64,000 nt of DNA from positions 1 to 64,000 of the forward strand of contig NIVC01002100.1 of NCBI GenBank assembly GCA_002269645.1, in the 5' to 3' direction. A program made the position numbers and the translations under genes. This document shows, in pieces, positions 44,901-57,440 of the stretch. The notes below the pieces were generated by a model that saw only the letters and a program-made list of their open reading frames with translations, was not told the origin of the DNA and searched no databases. Origin of the DNA: Macrostomum lignano. Its lineage: Eukaryota. Within the stretch, counting starts at the first letter, position 1. Each line of letters begins with the position of its first letter.

Positions 44901-47900
44901 CCAACACAGTTTTGAGTTAATCCCAGAGGCCTATTTAAATCCTATAGGTAATGAAAAGGTGAAAATCAACATAAGTTGGTTCATTATTCCTTCCAACGCG
45001 TTTCGGTGCGTCAAGGACCATCATCAGGGTCCATTGCCATTTTGCACACGCGCCAGAATACATGAGAAAAAAGGTCTGTACAGTCCAAAGGGCAGATCAG
45101 GGGGCAAATTGAGTACCACTGTGAATGAGCTGGACATCTAGACTTGATTGTTGGTACTTGTTGGTACCCTGGTATATTGATGCAAGTTGTGAAATCTAAA
45201 TTCAATGATTCTGGAATGTATAATTTTTTTACTGCTACAAGCCTACAACAACTATTGTAGCAGAGATGTCTTGGATAGCTGACCTTTTTTAACCAAACTT
45301 CTCTTACTCTAGTGTGCATGTGAGGCTACAATCCCAGTCGGAAAAATGGGTACCACCATTAGCTTGGGGGGGGGGGTAATTGATCAGGGTGTGTCGCAAC
45401 CCCCAAGTCAATGGACTGAACAGCCGGAATCAGCCTTCAGATGCGCCGCACAATAGCTGCTCATTGGGGCAGGTGTCATTTTTTATTTTCAAATGTAGAA
45501 AATGCTCTGAACCACAGAACAAGAAAGCTGGTACAAAACTTGTGTTCCGGTGCGTTTGCAAAATACACAATCGACCCTGACGATGGTCCATGACGCACCG
45601 AAACGCGTTGGAAAGAATATTGAACCAACTACCAAGGAACCATTGTTACATATTCAAGCGTGCTACTTGACCTCAACCTTCTAGTTTATGAATGCCATTC
45701 AAAGAGTTGCAACAGAGCCAGCTTACAGTACTTCGGCTCCAGCTTGTCAGCACAGAGTTCAGAAAAGTGACGCAGCTCCTCCACTCCAGAGTCGATGACG
45801 CAGATCTGCTGCTTGAAAGTTTCCAGAGCTGCGCGAAGCTGCGAATCCTTAGCCTTGACGCCTTTCAGCCGCTTCTGCTTGTCCAGTTCCCGGTGATAAT
45901 CCAGAAGCTCGGCCTGCTTGCCAATCAGCAGCTTGGCGGTGTCCATCGGCGTTGCCTGCGGGCCCTGGCAGAGCTCCTTGAGAGTCTGGCGCACTGCCGA
46001 CAGGCACCGCTTCAGCAGGCTGGCAAACTCTGGCTCCATCTTGCTCTTCAGCTTCTTGTAGTCTAAAACAGTTCAAACAATGAAAAGTCAGTAACACTAT
46101 AAGCAAACCACCAAATGCAATCCGACAAACACAATTGATTACTAACCTTCATGACAAGTAATCTGCGCGCACAACTTCCAAGTCAATGAGAACTTCAGCA
46201 CTGCATTTGGACCGGGCTCTTCTAGGTTAAACTGAGCCAACAATATCCGGCCGATCTTTCTGAGCGGCTCGTTTGAGGACGAAAACAGGCGGCTGAACAG
46301 GCGGCTGAGAAGGTTGCCCTGCAAGCAAATTGGCATATTTTCCCCTAGATCTCAAGGTAAATTTTACACACAAAACCGGCATCGATCGGTGTACAAACCT
46401 TCGAGCTGGACTCGTGAGTGATTTTGTCCACAGCCACACTGGACACGCTCTCCTTCAGTCTCTCGTTCTGAAGTTTCTTGCCTTCCATCAGTGCAATAAC
46501 GCCATCCTAAAGTGACAAATTTGTTAACTAGATAAGAAATGCAGGCCCCGGAGTAGTTCTCAGCAAGCACTTCGCTCACCAAGTCCGTCTTGAACAGCAG
46601 ACAGCTCACGAAACTGTCTAGTGCACTGTAACAGGGCTTCGCTAGGCTCGGCTTGCAGTCTTGCAGTGTGGCGAACACCTGGGACAGCAGCTGTAGTTGC
46701 CAGGAGTGACAGAGCAAAATTATCAGGTATGCTGGACAAACTTACAGAGCAAGCACTTCCGCATTAAGTATTGCAATAGTTCTATATTGAGATGCTGACA
46801 CGCTAAGGCACACCAAGACACGCTAAGGCACACCAAGACACGCTAAGGCACACCAAGACACGCTAAGGCACACCAAGACACGCTAAGGCACACTAAGACA
46901 CTCTAAGGCACACCAAGACACGCTAAGGCACACCAAGACACTCTAAGGCACACCAAGACACGCTAAGGCACACTAAGACACGCTAAGGCACTATAAGACA
47001 CGCTAAGGCACACCAAGACACGCTAAGGCACACTAAGACACGCTAAGGCACTATAAGACACGCTAAGGCACACCAAGACACGCTAAGGCACACCAAGACA
47101 CGCTAAGGCACACCAAGACACGCTAAGGCACACCAAGACACGCTAAGGCACACTAAGACACTCTAAGGCACACCAAGACACGCTAAGGCACACCAAGACA
47201 CTCTAAGGCACACCAAGACACGCTAAGGCACACTAAGACACTCTAAGGCACTATAAGACACGCTAAGGCACACCAAGACACGCTAAGGCACACTAAGACA
47301 CGCTAAGGCACACCAAGACGCGCTAAGGCACACCAAGACACGCTAAGGCACACCAAGACACGCTAAGGCACACCAAGACACGCTAAGGCACACTAAGACA
47401 CGCTAAGGCACACCAAGACACGCTAAGGCACACCAAGACACGCTAAGGCACTATAAGACACGCTAAGGCACACCAAGACACGCTAAGGCACACCAAGACA
47501 CGCTAAGGCACACCAAGACACGCTAAGGCACACTAAGACACGCTAAGGCACACCAAGACGCGCTAAGGCACACCAAGACGCGCTAAGGCACACCAAGACA
47601 CGCTAAGGCACACTAAGACACGCTAAGGCACACCAAGAAACGCTAAGGCACACTAAGACACTCTAAGGCACACTAAGACACGCTAAGGCACACTAAGACA
47701 CTCTAAGGCACACCAAGACACGCTAAGGCACACCAAGACACGCTAAGGCACACTAAGACACGCTAAGGCACACCAAGACACGCTAAGGCACACCAAGACA
47801 CGCTAAGGCACACCAAGACACGCTAAGGCACACTAAGACACGCTAAGGCACACCAAGACACGCTAAGGCACACCAAGACACGCTAAGGCACACTAAGACA

Positions 47901-50900
47901 CGCTAAGGCACAACAAGACACGCTAAGGCACACCAAGACACGCTAAGGCACACTAAGACACTCTAAGGCACACTAAGACACGCTAAGGCACACTAAGACA
48001 CGCTAAGGCACACCAAGACACGCTAAGGCACACCAAGACACGCTAAGGCACACTAAGACACTCTAAGGCACACTAAGACACGCTAAGGCACACTAAGACA
48101 CGCTAAGGCACACCAAGACACGCTAAGGCACACCAAGACACGCTAAGGCACACTAAGACACGCTAAGGCACACCAAGACACGCTAAGGCACACCAAGACA
48201 CGCTAAGGCACACCAAGACACGCTAAGGCACACTAAGACACGCTAAGGCACACCAAGACACGCTAAGGCACACCAAGACACGCTAAGGCACACTAAGACA
48301 CGCTAAGGCACAACAAGACACGCTAAGGCACACCAAGACACGCTAAGGCACACCAAGACGCGCTAAGGCACACCAAGACACGCTAAGGCACACTAAGACA
48401 CGCTAAGGCACACCAAGACACGCTAAGGCACACCAAGACACGCTAAGGCACACCAAGACACGCTAAGGCACACTAAGACACGCTAAGGCACACCAAGACG
48501 CGCTAAGGCACACCAAGACACGCTAAGGCACACTAAGACACGCTAAGGCACACCAAGAAACGCTAAGGCACACTAAGACACTCTAAGGCACACTAAGACA
48601 CGCTAAGGCACACTAAGACACTCTAAGGCACACCAAGACACGCTAAGGCACACCAAGACACGCTAAGGCACACTAAGACACGCTAAGGCACACCAAGACA
48701 CGCTAAGGCACACCAAGACACGCTAAGGCACACCAAGACACGCTAAGGCACACTAAGACACGCTAAGGCACACCAAGACACGCTAAGGCACACCAAGACA
48801 CGCTAAGGCACACCAAGACACGCTAAGGCACACCAAGACACGCTAAGGCACACTAAGACACGCTAAGGCACACCAAGACGCGCTAAGGCACACCAAGACA
48901 CGCTAAGGCACACTAAGACACGCTAAGGCACACCAAGAAACGCTAAGGCACACTAAGACACTCTAAGGCACACTAAGACACGCTAAGGCACACTAAGACA
49001 CTCTAAGGCACACCAAGACACGCTAAGGCACACCAAGACACGCTAAGGCACACTAAGACACGCTAAGGCACACCAAGACACGCTAAGGCACACCAAGACA
49101 CGCTAAGGCACACCAAGACACGCTAAGGCACACTAAGACATGCTAAGGCACACCAAGACACGCTAAGGCACACCAAGACACGCTAAGGCACACCAAGACA
49201 CGCTAAGGCACACCAAGACACGCTAAGGCACACCAAGACACGCTAAGGCACACTAAGACACTCTAAGGCACACTAAGACACGCTAAGGCACACTAAGACA
49301 CGCTAAGGCACACCAAGACACGCTAAGGCACACCAAGACACGCTAAGGCACACTAAGACACTCTAAGGCACACTAAGACACGCTAAGGCACACTAAGACA
49401 CGCTAAGGCACACTAAGACACGCTAAGGCACACTAAGACACGCTAAGGCACACCAAGACACGCTAAGGCACACCAAGACACGCTAAGGCACACCAAGACG
49501 CGCTAAGGCACACCAAGACACGCTAAGGCACACTAAGACACGCTAAGGCACACCAAGACACGCTAAGGCACACCAAGACACGCTAAGGCACACCAAGACA
49601 CGCTAAGGCACACTAAGACACGCTAAGGCACACCAAGACGCGCTAAGGCACACCAAGACACGCTAAGGCACACTAAGACACGCTAAGGCACACCAAGAAA
49701 CGCTAAGGCACACTAAGACACTCTAAGGCACACTAAGACACGCTAAGGCACACTAAGACACTCTAAGGCACACCAAGACACGCTAAGGCACACCAAGACA
49801 CGCTAAGGCACACTAAGACACGCTAAGGCACACCAAGACACGCTAAGGCACACCAAGACACGCTAAGGCACACCAAGACACGCTAAGGCACACCAAGACA
49901 CGCTAAGGCACACCAAGACACGCTAAGGCACACCAAGACACGCTAAGGCACACTAAGACACGCTAAGGCACACCAAGACACGCTAAGGCACACCAAGACA
50001 CGCTAAGGCACACTAAGACACTCTAAGGCACACTAAGACACGCTAAGGCACACTAAGACACGCTAAGGCACACCAAGACACGCTAAGGCACACCAAGACA
50101 CGCTAAGGCACACTAAGACACTCTAAGGCACACTAAGACACGCTAAGGCACACTAAGACACGCTAAGGCACACCAAGACACGCTAAGGCACACCAAGACA
50201 CGCTAAGGCACACCAAGACACGCTAAGGCACACTAAGACACTCTAAGGCACACTAAGACACTCGCACACGCGAGCGAGAGGGAATTCCCACCCGTCTGGT
50301 TACAGCTTGAGCTTCAGAGAATGCAGACTCAGGCTTTAAATATAAGAGCTCATACCTCAATTGTTCTCGGATCCCCTTTGTCCTCGCTACGGAAAACCTG
50401 CTTCTCTAGCAAGCTCAGCTGCTCAACCACCGGCACCCCGGAGGCGCCACCAGCAGCTTCGACGCCATCAGAGGTCGCGCTGCACAGAACGATGGTGAGA
50501 TTCACGGCGGCCAGCAAGCAGCTAATTGTGTCAGCTGGACGCTTCGAATGCTTAGACAGCGGATTTCTACCTTTATCCGAGACGCAGCTGCAGAAGATTT
50601 TGAAGGTCTGGCAGTGCAGTTCCAGGCAGAGCTCCAGTTCGGGTTGCGGAAAAGCTCCGGACTGCAGCTGGGCTGTCAGAGTGTTGTAGAAATTCTGCAA
50701 TGCGTTCCAAACAAGGGCCACTTGAAATCTTTTTGCAGGCCAGGGGTTGCAAAATTTCACAATAGCAATCCGGACTACTCAAGGTTTATGTCTCTTCTCT
50801 TCTCTCTCCCCTCTCTTCTCTCTCTCCCCACTCTTCTCTCTCTCTCATCACTTTTCTCTCTCCCCTCTCTTATCTCTTTTCTCTTCCCCCCTCTCTTCTC

Positions 50901-53900
50901 TCTCCCCTCTCTCCCCCTCTCTCTCTTCGCTTATCTTCTATTCCCTTTCCTTTCCGCTCACATCTGGCTCGGAGACATGAGCTGGATTATTTATCTGGCC
51001 CTGGAGGCAAAGACAGTTTACCGACCCGTGTTGTAGACGGTCCATTAGAAAACGATGTGTACTCAATTATGAATGGAATTTAATTTAAAATATATTTTCT
51101 AGAAAATAGTAAAGCAAAGGGCGGGAGGCCAATGACATTATCTGGCTGAAATGCAGAAAACAGAAAGAGCAATAAAGACTTAATTCGATACTCTTTGGCT
51201 GCGCATTGGGAACTCACACAGAAAGCCGAATGCTTATCGGGCAGCGACGCCTCGAAGCCAAATTTAATAGTGCCTGGCGGTGGCTGGGCCAGGTTGTAGC
51301 CAATCAGGGCGAGCTTGTTGCTGGCGGGAAGCCAATCAGAGGGCTCCAGATCGGTGTCGAACAAGCGCAGGTCCATGAAGGCGGCGTAGCAGCGCGGGAT
51401 GAGTGGATCGACCCGCCGGTACCGCATCAGGCGCTGTTTGACAAGCTCTACAGAATTATTCATTCTGGGGCTGGAAAATTTAGTGGAAATGCTATAACAA
51501 ATTACATTTAATAACGATGCAATAGGGTTATGACATTAAAAATGACAGCACTTACCCACAATTTTTCATTAATCTATCAAACTCTTTAGTCAGGCCGCAC
51601 CAATCGAATAAACTGGCGCTCCCGCGAGATTTCAGCAAGTCCAGGAATGCCTGTCGCAATGGGATTCTGTCGCTGCTGTGGAGCTCTTCGCCATATTGCA
51701 GGATGTGGTAGGCAGGAAGGAGCAGCAGGTACTCTGGCTTGAACTCGCTGTCGCTGCTAATCATGCCGGAATACCAGGCTTTCGCAGACTCTGGAAGACT
51801 TTGGTATCAAGAAAGGGGAAGTTCTTGTTACTGCACGTTTACTAAAATTTATTTGCAATTTTATTAACTTGAAAGAGCCACTTCTTTTCACAAGTAAAAT
51901 CCTGATATTGCAATCTATCTCAAGCAAAGCATTGTTCAAAAGTGCCTGCTCTGCTCAATAAAGCAGTGAAACTTACTCCTTAGGCAATTGAGCCAGACCA
52001 GAGAGCATCGAGTCGCAAGGCGTCTCTGGCGGCAGGATCCGGTCTAACAATGCAGAAATCTCTTCCAACTTGAAGGAATGTGGACCATGAAAGAATGGGG
52101 CGGCCTTCGCTACAGTTGCAAAGTGAAGCAGCTCCAGATTTTTTGTCCACTGCTGCCATTGCTGCTCGGGAGACAGGTCCCGGTTGATCGGATGGTACTG
52201 CTGTAGCAGATAGCGCACTGCTTTGATTAGAATCTGAAAAAGTGCCGTAAATTAAAATTAATGACAGATAAAATATACTCGATGGGGATATACCTGCTTA
52301 GCTTAGGGCTTACCAAATATTTTGGGTCAGGTTGACTCGAAAAGTATAGGTTGGCAGACTTTACCAGACAATTAAACGCATCAAGCCGCTGCTGGGTGGA
52401 TGACAACTGACTAAAGTAAAATTTAAAGCACATAGGCACCGATGATGTCATCACATTTTCATAAAACGTCAGATAGTGAAAATCTGATGGTCGAAAAAAC
52501 CACACATGACCATCTATTTGAACAATCGAATCTGTTTGCAGACTAAAGATACGCCGCCATCCAGAATTGTACAAGCTTGCCGGCAGCTGCTCTGGAGTGT
52601 CACTGCCGTTTTGCCGTGTAGCCACTCTAGATCCCATTAGCCAGTATCTATAGGTTACGCGCCCATTCAGCACAAGCTCTCTGGGCAATAAAATCTCTGT
52701 GTGCAGCAGAGCTTTTGAGTTGTCAATTGGCTCCAGTGTAAAATTCGTCACAATACCAGAATGATAAGATTCTGGTAGGAAGTACTCCAGCGCAAGTTGC
52801 CCAAGCCCAACCTGAAGGTCATTATACCACACAATAAATACAAATCTGATAGGAATCAGATCTGCACTGTTTGAAGTCAATTTATTCACATGTTCCTCAT
52901 ACGAAAGCTGTTGCGGCTGCCTCTGGCCGGTGCCTCTAGCGACATCTGCGAAGCTTCGCTGGTCTTGACTTAAATCAGTCCCTTGGCCTCTACTCCTTTC
53001 ATTATCCGGTATAGTGGGCGCTGCTGAGCACCTAGTCGCTGAACGCGATCGTTTAGGTGAAGCCGGACTGCTTCCGTTATCTGATTTGCTGGCGAGCTGC
53101 GAATCATCAGCGCCTGATCTGCTGCTTCGCTTCCTTGAATCAGATTTCCCACTGTCCGAATGATTGTCATTGGTGAGCGTTTTCTTTGGCACTGTTGACT
53201 GTTCATTCCCTCCGTCATTCTTCTCTGCATCGCTTGGAGCAGCCTGATTCTTCTCTGCATCGCTTGGAGGATCCTGATTCTTCTCTGCATCGCTTGGAGC
53301 AGCCTGATTCTTCTCTGCATCGCTTGGAGGATCCTGATTCTTTTCTGCATCGCTTGGAGGATCCTGATTCTTTTCTGCATCGCTTGGAGGATCCTGATTC
53401 TTCTCTGCATCGCTTGGAGGATCCTGATTCTTTTCTGCATCGCTTGGAGGATCCTGATTCTTTTCTGCATCGCTTGGAGGATCCTGATTCTTCTCTGCAT
53501 CGCTTGGAGGATCCTGATTCTTTTCTGCATCGCTTGGAGGATCCTGATTCTTTTCTGCATCGCTTGGAGGATCCTGATTCTTCTCTGCATCGCTTGGAGG
53601 ATCCTGATTCTTTTCTGCATCGCTTGGAGGATCCTGATTCTTTTCTGCATCGCTTGGAGGATCCTGGTTCTTCTCTGCATCGCTTGGAGGATCCTGGTTC
53701 TTCTCTGCATCGCTTGGAGGATCCTGGTTCTTCTCTGCATCGCTTGGAGGATCCTGGTTCTTCTCTGCATCGCTTGGAGGATCCTGATTCTTTTCTGCAT
53801 CGCTTGGAGGATCCTGATTCTTCTCTGCATCGCTTGGAGGATCCTGGTTCTTCTCTGCATCGCTTGGAGCAGACTGGTTCATCTCTGCGTCACTGCGAGC

Positions 53901-54479
53901 AGAGTGGTTCTCAAAAAATTCTTCTAGGGATTCACTCAGTTGACTGTTCCCCACATCAATGGAAACATCTGCCGACTGCTCCAATGACCTTGGAATCGTT
54001 GGGTCAATCCCACCGTGCGCTCTGTTGACGACTTCTTCGGCCCGAAGCTTCTTGATAGTCGACACCTCAAATTTATCGGGCGATTGAGACGAATTCGTCG
54101 AATCCAGAGAGCGCTTGCTGGCGATGGAGTGCGCATGGCTGCTGAACCCATCGCCGGAAGCAGACGCTGGCAGAGAGGTACAAACAGCGCCAGTCGAGAC
54201 GGGCAAATCAACGCAGAAATTGCATCTGGCTCCGCACACGCAGCAGTATTTGTCGTCAATTTTTATTTGCTCATTGCAATCAGCAGCACTGCAAACCTTC
54301 CTCCACGACTCAAACGGACTGTGCTGACAGGCTTTGATCTTGGCTCCGCCGCCACAGACCTGGCATTCAATAGGAAATTCATCTGTGCACCGGCACTTGC
54401 CACAGAATTTTGCCCAAGCTGCTATGCATGAATTTTGGCATCTTAAGCAGGTTTTGGTGACCTGCTGCTGGCTGCTCAT
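25406..54479 (-). CDS. RNF213: RNF213/mysterin-like giant AAA+ E3 ubiquitin ligase, 26 exons, ~5260 aa
   Basis: Exons traced with matching GT-AG phases: 52314-54479, 51977-52233, 51556-51798, 51218-51470, 50962-51000, 50356-50694, 46580-46690, 46147-46318, 45727-46062, 39262-44507, 38527-39092, 37979-38387, 36758-37340, 35437-35595, 35194-35347, 33724-34456, 33239-33526, 33064-33158, 31902-32429, 30705-31338, 29980-30129, 29619-29886, 29494-29528, 28371-28571, 27680-27925, 25406-26974 (sum 15780 nt). Boundaries at 46.3-46.7 kb and 50.7-51.2 kb are least certain. Hallmarks: DPDPSYELTADN..MGETGCGKT, ILFFDEVN, VGKPGSSKS, EVGLAEDSP, WALDPAKMNR, RING, RZ finger. Confidence 0.93.
27050..27679. repeat. 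25-bp intronic minisatellite (catcatcacaccagctgctcacctg)n
   Basis: Period 25 at 27061/27086/27111; the minus-strand unit contains CAG|GTGAGC. Confidence 0.95.
27950..28312. repeat. ~15-bp intronic minisatellite (ttgggtcagggttga)n
   Basis: Tandem units directly visible. Confidence 0.9.
28371..28571 (-). CDS. RNF213: RNF213 exon: second half of RZ finger (CGRPWTRGRCNVCQQQIGGAGH)
   Basis: Matches RZ pattern CGRP..C..C...IGG..H; phase 0 at both ends. Confidence 0.9.
28610..28820. repeat. ~43-bp intronic tandem repeat (gaggactggccctcatgagcaagacaaagacacactgcgcctt)
   Basis: About 4 imperfect copies. Confidence 0.85.
28879..29439. mobile_element. hAT-like MITE with 8-bp TSD and internal 21-bp tandem array
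   Basis: TSD cacatcac at 28871-28878 and 29440-29447; TIRs caggcgcgtcgcca / tggcgacgccactg; internal (cactcattttagcgccgcagg)n ~28990-29290. Confidence 0.88.
29494..29528 (-). CDS. RNF213: RNF213 35-nt micro-exon: first half of RZ finger (CPRGHPYIITE)
   Basis: Acceptor TTTGCAG, donor GAG|GTGAGC; phases fit both neighbouring exons. Confidence 0.88.
30165..30704. repeat. 31-32-bp intronic minisatellite (agtgcccagcaccagctcacctgctggcttcc)n
   Basis: Period 31-32; the unit resembles the end of exon 30705-31338 plus its donor. Confidence 0.95.
31360..31770. repeat. ~19-bp intronic minisatellite (ggggattgtggggcattt[c/t])n
   Basis: Tandem units directly visible. Confidence 0.9.
31902..32429 (-). CDS. 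RNF213: RNF213 exon with C3HC4 RING
   Basis: CCVC..ACGHRLCRDC..CPVC followed by FRARCNTFMMETV..TKEF..DPSPVFR. Confidence 0.88.
32470..33055. repeat. 23-bp intronic minisatellite (gagtgcacaggatgcagtgagct)n
   Basis: Period 23 at 32821/32844. Confidence 0.95.
34560..35160. repeat. Purine-rich ~15-bp intronic minisatellite (gagaggagggtggga)n
   Basis: Tandem units directly visible. Confidence 0.9.
35790..36670. repeat. Compound intronic array: 13-bp (ccatctctaccct)n then 28-31-bp (cttaaaccctccatctttaaacctc[agc]tgt)n
   Basis: Two adjacent tandem arrays directly visible. Confidence 0.92.
37430..37945. repeat. ~16-bp intronic minisatellite (gatgaggtggggtgaa)n
   Basis: Tandem units directly visible. 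Confidence 0.9.
39262..44507 (-). CDS. RNF213: RNF213 5.2-kb exon encoding stalk and AAA core
   Basis: 1806-aa ORF; P-loops ARPGMGKS, GETGCGKT, GKPGSSKS; acceptor TTTTTTAG phase 1, donor GGG|GTGAGC phase 0. Confidence 0.95.
44602..44878. mobile_element. MITE copy 2 (inverted relative to 6056-6322), intronic
   Basis: Reverse-complement similarity to copy 1 over the full length; TIRs tacttagcaac...gttgctaagta; TA flanks. Confidence 0.85.
45330..45470 (+). mobile_element. Partial SINE body (headless), related to 62410-62679
   Basis: aaaatgggtacc..cattagct..ggggtaattga..gggtgt..acccc..agtca.tgg.ctg.acagccg..tcattggggc matches the minus-strand element. Confidence 0.6.
46797..50262. repeat. 3.5-kb satellite, strict 20-bp unit (gacacgctaaggcacaccaa)n, intronic
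   Basis: Register preserved across every 60-nt line; about 173 units. Confidence 0.98.
50790..50950. repeat. CT-rich low-complexity tract, intronic
   Basis: Directly visible. Confidence 0.8.
52314..54479 (-). CDS. RNF213: RNF213 first coding exon: Cys clusters, decapeptide repeat, CBM20-like domain
   Basis: ATG 54479 preceded by acceptor TTTCAG at 54492-54497; LLHTEILLPR..VTYRYWL resembles the RNF213 CBM20 region; donor TTG|GTAAGC phase 0. Confidence 0.8.
53221..53880 (-). repeat. Coding 30-bp tandem repeat, ~22 x SDAEKNQDPP
   Basis: Two units per 60-nt line over 11 lines, in frame within the 750-aa ORF. Confidence 0.95.
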
Positions 54480-54997
54480 CCCGCAATGAGCCTGAAATAA
54501 GAGGAAGCTTTAATGTGAGTAGCTGTTTAACCCATTATTGGATCTATAAGTTTTAATATTTGCAGTTTTGGTGTGTGCTAAAAACAAAATAATGCAGCCA
54601 ATCAATGAATAATTGGTGTACCAACTGACAAATTTCTATCTCTGTTAACTGTAGATTAAAAGCCAGTACATCTACTAACTCACAGATTCGATACAATGTT
54701 AACCTATTGGTTTTAACTGGAATTTCATGCCAAGCTGCCAAACTTCTGTCTGCATTTAGACTGCTACTACAATAAATAACAATTTCGACAACTATTTAGC
54801 TAATATAATTCTGTAAGTAAGTTGCACACATGTGCCTAGCTTAATGGTTTTTTATTTTAAAAATGTGTCACTAGCAATGCACAACAATTAAACAGCCAAT
54901 AGTAATCTTGCCAGACTGCTGTGGGCTCTATGTGCGCATTGGGTGATTCAGGTATTCAGATTCAAATTCAGATTCTTTTGAAGAAATGAAAGAAAAA

Positions 54998-55407
<410 letters not shown>

Positions 55408-56559
55408 TAATTTGTTCGCTATGGACTCTCAAACTGCTCAACCAAAATGGCACCAAATTTTGCACCCACTCTAAAATCTCTACGAAGAATATACTAGGCT
55501 ATCTTAAACTTTCCTAAATCTAAGTATTCCTACCTAACAAAGCAAAACTGCTCAAAATGTGCGATTTTTTCAATAAATCCTCGATAGCGCCACTCCACTT
55601 TTACCGATCCTGTCACAAACAATCTTCAACTATTTTGACACAGTCGTTAAAAGTTCAAATCTCAAAGTTTATCCTGAACTGTGCTGCGCACTTTTAAAGT
55701 TAAGCTGCTCTTTGTCAGCAAGACAGCCACCATAACCTCCGCTCTTTCTTTCCCTTATCTGGCAAGATGTGGTAAAGGGGTTTTTAAAATTGACTAACTT
55801 TCGGCTGCCATAACTTCATAAGTTTGCTCCATGTGAAGTGATTGACTTCAAACTAGACACAATTCTTCATTGACTTATTATTCTCTGTCTAAAATATAAA
55901 GTCTCAACTCTGTAACTCTGTAGCTTTTTTGTTGTTTGTGATGCTCACCTGCTCATTCCTCCAGACCAAGGGTACAGGCGATAGGGCTGAGTGTACATAG
56001 CAAATGTACAATGTATTTGAAATAACTTTTTATAGCCCTCTCGGCACCCCTGTGGAGAGGCTAAGTCTAGCCATGGCAGTTTAGTGAGAAATTCTAACCA
56101 CTGTCCTCTGTATACATGTACATTTAGACAACTCTGCAGCAGTTAAATAGTGGATGGCAAATGAAAACAATGCAGCATGGTTTGTAAAAGCGAAAGATTT
56201 ATAAAAAACAATGCAATACAATATACTCATACAATCCTACTAAATTAGTCAGTCACACCATGGAAATTCTAACATTTTAAACTTTATTAAAAGGTACTTT
56301 GAAATTTAAATGCCTATACGTATTTTTTTGGTTGCTAGACTTCTGCAAACTGCGGTGGAGCTAGAGATACACAAATTCCCCACAGGGCTGCAATTTGGCC
56401 AGAAATATGACGTGATCAAAGCAGTCAGCAAATGGCCGACTGAATGAAACAAGCATGAAAGTACTGCCCTACAGACTGACTTTTGGTCGGCAGACTTTTA
56501 CCTCAAGGGCTAGGCTAGATAAAGAATCCAGCTCATGACTGCAGGCTAGATAAGACTGA

Positions 56560-57440
56560 TAGTGGAAAAGAGAGAGAATAGACGATTAGAAAAGGGAGGA
56601 GAGGCAAGACAAGAAAAAGGATAGAAGATAAAAGGAGAAGAGGGTAGTAACGAGAGAGGGGGAAAAGAGGGAAGAGAGAGAAGCAAGAGGAGAGAGAGGA
56701 GGGGCGAAAAAAGTGAGAAGAGGGAAAAGAGAGAAGAGAAGGGAGAGAGGAGAGAAAAGAGAGGAGAGATGAGAGACAAAAGGAGAGAGAAGTGGAGTGA
56801 GGAGAGAGGAGAGAAAAGGAGAGAGAAAAAAGGGGAAGAAAAATAAGAGAGAGAGTAAAGAAAAGAAGAGAGACGAGAGAGCAGATAGATAGGAGATATG
56901 AGAATAAAGAAGAGAAAGTAGAGAGGAGAGAATAGAGAGGAGATGAGAGAGTTGATAAGAGAGAAGAGGGGAGAGATGATAAATAGGAGAGTACAGATTA
57001 GAGATGAGAGAGATGAGATGAGACAGGAAAGAATAGATCTTAGAGAGGATCAAGACAAGAGAAGAGAGTAGAGAGATGATAGGAGTGAGAAATGAGAGCA
57101 GAGAGTAGAGAGAAAAGAGGAAATAGGAGAAGAATGAAGAGATAAGTATTGAGAGATGGGAGAGTGAGGAGTGAGAAAAGGGAAGAGCGAAGAGAGAGTA
57201 AAGAGCAGAGAGAAATGAGAGATAAGAGAACATAGATAAAAGAGGAGAAAGAAGAAATGAGAAAGCAGAGATGAGAAAAAAGAAAGGAGAGAGGAAAGGA
57301 GAAAAAAATAGAAACAAAATATAAAAGGAGAGAAGAAAGGAGAGAGGAGATAAAAGGAAAGAGAAAAAAGAGAAGAAACAGAAGAAAAAATAGAAGTTTC
57401 AAAGGATCTAAGGGAGATAGAAAGAGACAAAGGCAAAGGC
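56560..57440. repeat. Degenerate GA-rich low-complexity tract
   Basis: Almost purely purine on the plus strand. Confidence 0.9.

Noticed and set aside
46797-50262. CRISPR-like array
   Set aside because: Units are contiguous with no unique spacers, no cas genes, and a eukaryotic intron context.
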